Assembly: GCA_965240325.2 (NCBI GenBank)
Contig: OZ251231.1
Coordinates: forward strand, 2,542,001-2,606,000
Source: Rebecca billardiae RCC1528
Taxonomy: Eukaryota; Protista; Haptophyta
Direction of reading: 5' to 3'
Length of the DNA stretch: 64,000 nucleotides
Shown: positions 57,540 to 64,000 of the stretch, piece after piece
Position numbering within the stretch: position 1 is the first letter of the stretch
Layout: each line of letters starts with the position of its first letter
Position numbers and translations under genes: made by a program
Notes under the pieces: generated by a model
The model's database searches: none
The model's input: only the letters and a program-made list of their open reading frames with translations
What the model was told of the DNA's origin: nothing

Positions 57540-60278
57540 ATGGGGGCGTCGAGGCGCGTCATCACGCTCCTGGCGGGGCTGGCCATCGTCGCGCAGCTTG
57601 CCTTCGTGCTGCAAGCACCGGGCTCTAAGACGCACGCCGTCGACAGCGCGCGCTTCGCCCAGGGCGTGTCGCACGCGGCAGCGCCTCGCGTCGCGGCGCT
57701 ACAGGCATCGGCGGGCCGCGGGCGCGATGGCGGGACCGCTGTGTCGAGCGATGGCGATGCGAGCGGTGGCGCGGCCGACGATGCGCACATCGCCCCTTCT
57801 GCCTCAGCTGCCCTCCCCACGCAGCCGCAGCCACGCGCGCCGAGGCCGGCTCAGCTCAACATCGCGACGGAGGGCGTGCAGTTTGGCTCTGTGAAGCTGC
57901 CGCCCGCGCCGGCGCGGCTGACGGTGGCGTTCTCGAATGTGGGTATGAAGGCGTACGCCCTGAACTGGCTGCTGCACGCGCGCGCCGTGCCCGCCCTGTG
58001 GCCGTACCTGCTCGTCTCGCTCGACGCGCAGATGCACGCCGAGGCGGAGCGGCTGGGCGAGCCGTCTGTGCCGGCCGAGCTGCTGCACAAGAACTCGTCC
58101 CTCGTGCTCAAGCGGCAGAACTCGTGGATCCGCAACGACGTGGTGGAGTTCAAGAAGCTGGGCAAGGTGAAGGCCCTGTTCACCGAGCAGCTGCTCACGC
58201 TGGGCTACGACGTGCTGCTCTCCGACGTCGACTCCGTCTTCCTCGCCGATCCGGGTCCGTACCTGGGCGGCGCCATGACGCCCCACCTGGCGGAGGCGGA
58301 CTTGCTCGTCACCAACGACTACGCCGACGCGGCGCGCGACCTGGACCAGTCGACGGTGTTCAACACGGGCGCGCTGATGCTGCGCGCCGGCCCGCGCGCC
58401 ATCGCGTTCGTCCGCGAGTGGGCGGTGCGCACCGAGCGCACCGGCCTGATCGGCAACGACCAGACCGAGCTGAACCGGCTGCTGGTCGGGCAGTACCGGG
58501 ACGACGACTACTCGTGCACGACGCCAGAGTGCCTGCAGCCGCGCAAGGAGTCGGTGCGCGCGCTGGCGGTGTACGCGGCCGTGGGGCCCGACGCGACGCC
58601 GTGCCCCGAGCCCGCCGCCGCAGCGCGGGCCGACGGCGGCACGCCCCAGCCGCCGCCGTGCGTGTGGAGCGCCGAGCCCGCGGAGGCGGACGGCAGCACC
58701 GGCCTCACGCGCGTGGACGTGCGCACGGCGCGCGGCGCGCTCGCCGACTTCGAGGCGCGGCAGCGGGAGCTGCGGCGCGAGGTGCCGGCGGGCGCGCGGC
58801 GCGTGCCGTACTGGATGTGGGGCGGGCGCGTGCGCGTCGGGCTGCTCTCAATGGGCCACTTCATGCAGGGCCACACCTTCTTTGTGCAGCACCTGCACGA
58901 GCAGTGGGCCACGCAGCCTGTGCACGTGCACGTCACGTACACGCAGTCCGGCGACTTTGGCAAGAAGCTCAGGCTGCGCTCGGCGGGGCTGTGGCAGGCG
59001 GAGAGCGCGGAGTACTACTCGAGCGGCGACTTTGTGCACGTGGTCGGCATGCGCGAGGCGCTGCTCGCGCTGCTGCAGGCGCAGCCCTTCGCCCCCGGCG
59101 TGTGGGCGTGCGCGCCTGGCGAGAGGCCATCGCGCTTCTTTGACGGCCTGGCGCTCGACGGGCCCGAGCTGCGCTTCGCTCGGCCTGCGCCGCACGCGAG
59201 CGCCGCGCAGCCGTGCTACCACCCGTCGCGGCTCGTGCCCGAGGTGTCGACCGGCCCGCTCGCGCTCTCCACCCCGTTCGAGACGCTCACCGACCCCGCG
59301 GCGGCGCACGTGCGCTCGCAGCACCTCACGAGGCTCGTGCTGCGCAACGCGCTCGCGCTCAGCTCCGCGCTCGGCCGCCGTCTGGTGCTGCCCGCGCTCT
59401 GGTGCCTGTGCGATCGGTACTGGTGGCAGCTGCGCGACTGCCGCATGCCGGGCGCGCTGTCGCTCCCGCTGCCCTTCGAGTGCCCCCTGGACAACGCGCT
59501 CAACATCGACGACTGGGAGCGGCTGCCGCCGAGCACCGTGCGCTTTGTGGAGGCAGCCTTCCTGCGCAACAAGCGCACGCACGCGCAGATCAGTGCGGAG
59601 ACGAGCGCCGCCACGCTGCGCGTCGCGCGCGACGGGGCGACGCGCGCGGCTGACCCACTGCCCGACGCGGAGGGCATGTGGCCCCCGGACGGCGGTGGCG
59701 CGACGCTCCCCGACGCGCCAGTGGTGAGCGCGCCCTCGGGCGCCACCATCGAGAGCCTCGTCGACGCGCTGGCCGCGAATCCGCGCGCACGCGCGTCGCG
59801 TGTGCTGCGCGTGAGCGCAGCCTCGCTGCTGCGCATCGCGCCGTGCGGCTTCGCCGAGCCCAAGGCGCGCACCGAGTTCGAGCGTGCCGTGCTGCAGCAC
59901 GCCTTCGGCGGGCAGCACTCCTACTGCTCGTCCGAGCGCAACCCCAACCTCGGGCTGGTGATGGCGGAGGCGAAGCGCGCCGGGCTGACGGAGGAGCACG
60001 GGCTGCTCACGCGGCGCAACTGCACGGGCAACCCCGCCAACGCGTTCAACAAGCCGAAGGTCGACCTCGGGCCGGACGCGCTCAAGTTCGCGCCGGAGTG
60101 CGCGCCTGCCGGTGGCAGCGGCGCGGGCGGCGCTGTGCGCTCGGTGGCTGCCCACGTGTTCGACACAGTGCTCCGCAATGTATCGGGCTGGGAGGAGCGC
60201 GTGCTCGCAAACGCACTGCCAGCAGTCTCAGCCGCCAGCGGGACTGGGAGCGCGGCGGCGCAGGCCACCGTCGCCTAG
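57540..60278 (+). CDS. Nucleotide-diphospho-sugar transferase (GT77), XEG113-like arabinosyltransferase, type II membrane protein
   Basis: N-terminal TM; GYDVLLSDVD (DxD), FNTG, NDQ, HVTY..GKKLRLRSAGLW, LGRRLVLPALWCLCDRYW, LPFECPLD. Confidence 0.85.
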   Translation: MGASRRVITLLAGLAIVAQLAFVLQAPGSKTHAVDSARFAQGVSHAAAPRVAALQASAGRGRDGGTAVSSDGDASGGAADDAHIAPSASAALPTQPQPRAPRPAQLNIATEGVQFGSVKLPPAPARLTVAFSNVGMKAYALNWLLHARAVPALWPYLLVSLDAQMHAEAERLGEPSVPAELLHKNSSLVLKRQNSWIRNDVVEFKKLGKVKALFTEQLLTLGYDVLLSDVDSVFLADPGPYLGGAMTPHLAEADLLVTNDYADAARDLDQSTVFNTGALMLRAGPRAIAFVREWAVRTERTGLIGNDQTELNRLLVGQYRDDDYSCTTPECLQPRKESVRALAVYAAVGPDATPCPEPAAAARADGGTPQPPPCVWSAEPAEADGSTGLTRVDVRTARGALADFEARQRELRREVPAGARRVPYWMWGGRVRVGLLSMGHFMQGHTFFVQHLHEQWATQPVHVHVTYTQSGDFGKKLRLRSAGLWQAESAEYYSSGDFVHVVGMREALLALLQAQPFAPGVWACAPGERPSRFFDGLALDGPELRFARPAPHASAAQPCYHPSRLVPEVSTGPLALSTPFETLTDPAAAHVRSQHLTRLVLRNALALSSALGRRLVLPALWCLCDRYWWQLRDCRMPGALSLPLPFECPLDNALNIDDWERLPPSTVRFVEAAFLRNKRTHAQISAETSAATLRVARDGATRAADPLPDAEGMWPPDGGGATLPDAPVVSAPSGATIESLVDALAANPRARASRVLRVSAASLLRIAPCGFAEPKARTEFERAVLQHAFGGQHSYCSSERNPNLGLVMAEAKRAGLTEEHGLLTRRNCTGNPANAFNKPKVDLGPDALKFAPECAPAGGSGAGGAVRSVAAHVFDTVLRNVSGWEERVLANALPAVSAASGTGSAAAQATVA

Positions 60279-60528
60279 CAGTCAGTGGACAGTCACAGTG
60301 CCATCAGAGACATGCAGGCTACGAGCAGCACTCGCGACTCGGCAAGCGCGGTCTGCAGCTTAGCAGGCCATGAAGTAGCCATCAAGTAGGGGCCAAGTCG
60401 GGTCGACGCCATCGTTGATCGTAGATCGTTCGCCGAATCGCCGGTGATCGTTGATGGACGTTGGTTGATTTTGGGGCCTAAAAAGTTGATAAGTCCGTGA
60501 CGTGGCCGGCTTCTGAGTTGAGGAGCTC

Positions 60529-62495
60529 ATGACGATGCACGGCGTCCTCACGGCCCTAGCGGCGCTGCTGCTCTTCGCCGGCTGCGCGCAGTGCGGCGAG
60601 GCCGACGCGCCCTACGCGTGCCCCGTGCGGCCACCTGCCTCCGTCGCCCCTGGCACCGACGCGTACAAGCGCAAGCCCGTCGTGGACGGCGCGATCAAGT
60701 TCATCGGCGGCAAGAAGGCGCCATATGCCGGCAAGTCAATCGACGTCACGAGCCCGATCTTTGACGAGAAGACGGGCGCGCGCGCAGTGCTCGGGAAGCT
60801 CGCGCAGCTCGAAGAGGAGGACGCCGTCGCCGCCGTGCGCGCCGCGGCGGACGCGTGGGACCGCGGGCAGGGCGTGTGGCCGCAGATGTCGCTGGGCGAG
60901 CGCATCGCTGCCGTCGAGAGGCTGATCGTCGAGCTCACCAAGAAGCGCGAGGACATCATCGAGCTGCTCATGTGGGAGATCTGGTGTGCTTTTGGGGTGG
61001 CACGCCCGTCCGCCGCCGGCGCGCGCGTCATGGCCGCGCGCAACACGCTGCGCGGCGGCCCTTACAGATCTCCCTTCCCCGCGCGCACGCCCGTCTGCCC
61101 ATCCGCCCTTCGCAGCAAGACGACCTCCGACGCGGCGAAGGAGTTTGACCGCACGATCGATTTCGTGCGCGCGGCGATCGAGGAGGTGCGCAGGGACCCC
61201 TCGATGTGCGCCGGTCTCGCCGAGTGGACGGAGCTCAGCGGCACGCGCGTGCGCGCGCGCCGCGGCCCGGTCGGCGTGGTGCTCGGCCTCGCGCCCTTCA
61301 ACTACCCGCTCAACGAGATGTACGCGATGCTGATGCCCGCGCTGCTCATGGGCAACACGGCGGTGATCAAGCTGCCGGCGACAGGCGGGTGCGCGCGCGC
61401 GCGCGCGCGCGCGGCCCCACGAGCCGAGGGAGAGTGCGCCCGCGCTGCGCGAGGCCGCGCGCGCGAGCGAAGACGCGCTGGCCAACGGCCGGTGCGCACT
61501 CTGCGATGCGCCGCGGCCGCAGGCTGGTACACATCTTGACGGTGGACGCGTTCGCCAAGGCGCTCCCGCCCGGCGTGGTCAACTTTGTGAGCGGCTCGGG
61601 GCGCAAGACGATGCCCCCCATCATGAGCACCGGCCTCGTCGACGTGCTCGGCTTCATCGGCGGCACGTCGGCGATGGACGCGGTGGTGAAGCAGCACCCC
61701 GAGCCTCACAGGCTCAAGGTGTTTGCGCAGCTTGCGGGCAAGAACATGGCGATCGTGCTGCCCGACGCGGACGTGGAGGTGGCGGCGGAGCAGGTGGCGC
61801 TGGGCTCGACCTCGTACAACGGCCAGCGCTGCACCGCGATCAAGCTGATCATGGTCCACGACTCGATCGCCGCCGAGTTTGTCGCCGCGCTCTCGGAGCG
61901 CGTGGCCGCGCTGCGCGCCGGCCTGCCGTGGGAGCCCAAGGTGGCGATCACGCCGCTGCCAGAGCCGGGCAAGCCCAAGTACCTGGAGGAGCTGATCGGG
62001 GACGCGCTGGGCAAGGGCGCCGTGCTGGCGAACGCGGAGCGCGGCGGCGGCGAGCTCGCGGGCGCGCTGATGACCCCCGCCATCGTCGATTTTGTCAGCC
62101 CGCAGATGCGGCTCTTCCACGAGGAGCAGTTTGGGCCGGTCGTGCCCGTGTCGCGCTTCTCGGACGTGGCGCAGGTGCACGCGGCGCTCAAGGCGTCGTG
62201 GAACGGGCAGCAGGCGAGCGTGTTCACGGTGGACCCGCGCGCCGCGGGCGCGCTCGTCGACGCCCTCTCCTCCACCGTCGGCCGCATCAACTTCAACGCG
62301 CAGTGCAGCCGCGGGCCGGACATGGTGCCGTTCGCGGGCCGGCGCTCGTCCGCGATGGGCACGATGAGCATCAGCGAGGCGCTGCGCGCCTTCAGCATCG
62401 AGACGGTGGTCGCGCACCCCGCCGCCGACGAGGCGGCCACCGCACTCACCGACCAGCTCGAACGCCACTCCAAGTTCCTCGCGCCGCTGTCCTGA
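60529..62495 (+). CDS. gapN: Non-phosphorylating NADP-dependent glyceraldehyde-3-phosphate dehydrogenase-like ALDH with signal peptide; exons 60529-60983, 61116-61388, 61523-62495
   Basis: LMWEICK (spliced), APFNYPLNE, FIGG, catalytic YNGQRCTAIK, EEQFGP, SRGPD..PFAGRRSSA. Confidence 0.85.
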
Positions 62496-63004
62496 GCTGG
62501 GCGCCGCGCGTTGGCCGGCGGCTGACTATCAGGCACCGGCCAGGGGAGAGAGGTTAGGGTTCTTCAACTAGTAGATACGCGCGCCGTTTTTCGGAGTAAT
62601 GCTAGTATGGGGGTCTATCTCGGCCAATCGATCGGTTTGATGAATTCGAGCATCATGTGATGGTCTCGTCAAGTCGTCAGCACTCGTCAAACCGGTTTTG
62701 ACCCCCGTTGACATTTTTCCCGCCACTTGATGGCCCCACTCCTCATCATTCACTAGGCTTAGGAGTTGAGTAGCGTTTTCGAGGCGAACCGACGAGATCA
62801 CGAGATCCGGGCGCAATATTCATCAGTGAGTTACTTGAGTTCATCACCCGAGTGGTGGGACGATGGTGGGCTGGAAGTTGCCATGAGGCGTTAATTGGCG
62901 GGTAATTGCCCACAGAGCAAATGGGCAATCATCGACGATTCCCAAGGATTCCGTTCCGCAAAGTGGACACCCTTGGACCCGGCATCCACACTTGACCACC
63001 GGCT

Positions 63005-64000
63005 ATGGCGAAGGTATCAACGACTTTACCCCCTATCGCGTCCGACCTGCTGCGCGCGCTCCACACCGCGCTCGTCGGGCTCGATGAGAAGAGCCAAGGC
63101 GCAGTGCAGGCCGACTCCTTTCTGAAGGTCTTCACCGCGGTGCGCGCGCACCCCGATGCGTGCGCGTGATGCGGCGTGGGCGCATGCGGCGAGCTCACGC
63201 CGGCCTCGTGCGGCTGACTCGCGCGCGTGCCGCCAATGTGCAGGTGCACCCAAGCGCTTCCGCGATCGAGGCGCAGGCAGCATGGGCCGCGATTGATCCT
63301 GATGGGAACGGGATCGTCAGCTATGAGGCGCTCGCCGCCCGCTTCGGCCTCCGCGCGCAGACGGCGCGCAACGTGGGGAGCAGCAGCAGCGACGACGAGG
63401 ATGAGACCGAGGCGGACGGGGAGCCAGAGGACCTGACGCTCGATGCAGTGAGCGTCGAGCAGCAAGCCGAGCTCTTGCACTTTGCTGGCTACGCGCAGGA
63501 GCGGGCGATCACCGAGAAGCGCCACCGTGACCGCAGCCGCGCCATGGCGCTTGCCGCGCGATTCGCCGCAGGCGACCTGCGAGCGCGGATGAGCACGCAC
63601 GAGGAGCGCCGCCGGTCGAGCCCGGCGGTTTTGGGCGCGGCCACGCTTCGCTCACGAGTGGGCTTGCTTCCCGGCGTGAGCGAGGTGCCGATCCCCGCGG
63701 ACACGCCCGCCGCGGCCTTCTTGCTCGCGTGCGCCGAGGCGCGGCACGAAAACATCAAAGCGGCGCTGCATGCGGGCCGCGTGGACGTGGACTGCCGGGA
63801 CGGGCGTGGCGAGACCGCCCTGCACAAGCTGGCGCGCGCCGCCGGAACTGGTGGGCTGCGTACCGTGCGTACGCTCGCGCTGCTCCACCAGCACGGCGCA
63901 GACATGGACGCGCGCGACATGCACGGCCGCACGGCCGCGCACGTCGCCGCGGCAGCGGGCAGCCCGCTCGCGCTCTGCTTCCTGCTCTCGAACGGCGCCG
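63005..64000 (+). CDS. EF-hand + ankyrin-repeat protein, 3'-truncated by the window end; exons 63005-63139, 63244->64000
   Basis: Hand-translated (absent from the ORF track): MAKVSTTLPP..., EF loop DPDGNGIVSYEA, ankyrin repeats DGRGETALHKLA and GADMDARDMHGRTAAHVAA. One GT-AG intron. Confidence 0.85.

Noticed and set aside
62552-62561. Telomere-like TTAGGG
   Set aside because: Only one unit; expected by chance.

Overview
Gene-dense, very GC-rich eukaryotic nuclear DNA with short GC-rich spliceosomal introns. Composition, intron style and gene content suggest a haptophyte alga such as a Pavlovales/Diacronema relative (inference, not verified). I reconstruct 20 protein-coding genes with 25 introns, splicing them by hand from donor/acceptor sites and protein motifs. 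The first ~6.7 kb is non-coding: a ~125-bp satellite in forward/inverted/forward blocks, enclosed by nested inverted repeats and resembling a non-autonomous DNA transposon or foldback element. A probable solo LTR lies at 48586-49552. The most striking content is a set of unusual domain fusions: (1) an actin whose nucleotide-binding motifs are all altered, fused behind a signal anchor, an extra domain and an RRRR processing-like site; (2) a ~2,700-aa Agenet x3 + CXXC + AP2-like + Bub1-like pseudokinase; (3) a NAP1 with an FKBP25-like BTHB N-terminus; (4) a kinesin with a C-terminal pseudokinase; (5) CFAP161 fused to a dienelactone hydrolase; (6) a SETD7-like MORN-SET protein fused to a class-I methyltransferase. 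All homology calls come from recognised motifs; no searches were run. Most long ORFs in the supplied track are GC-driven shadow ORFs.
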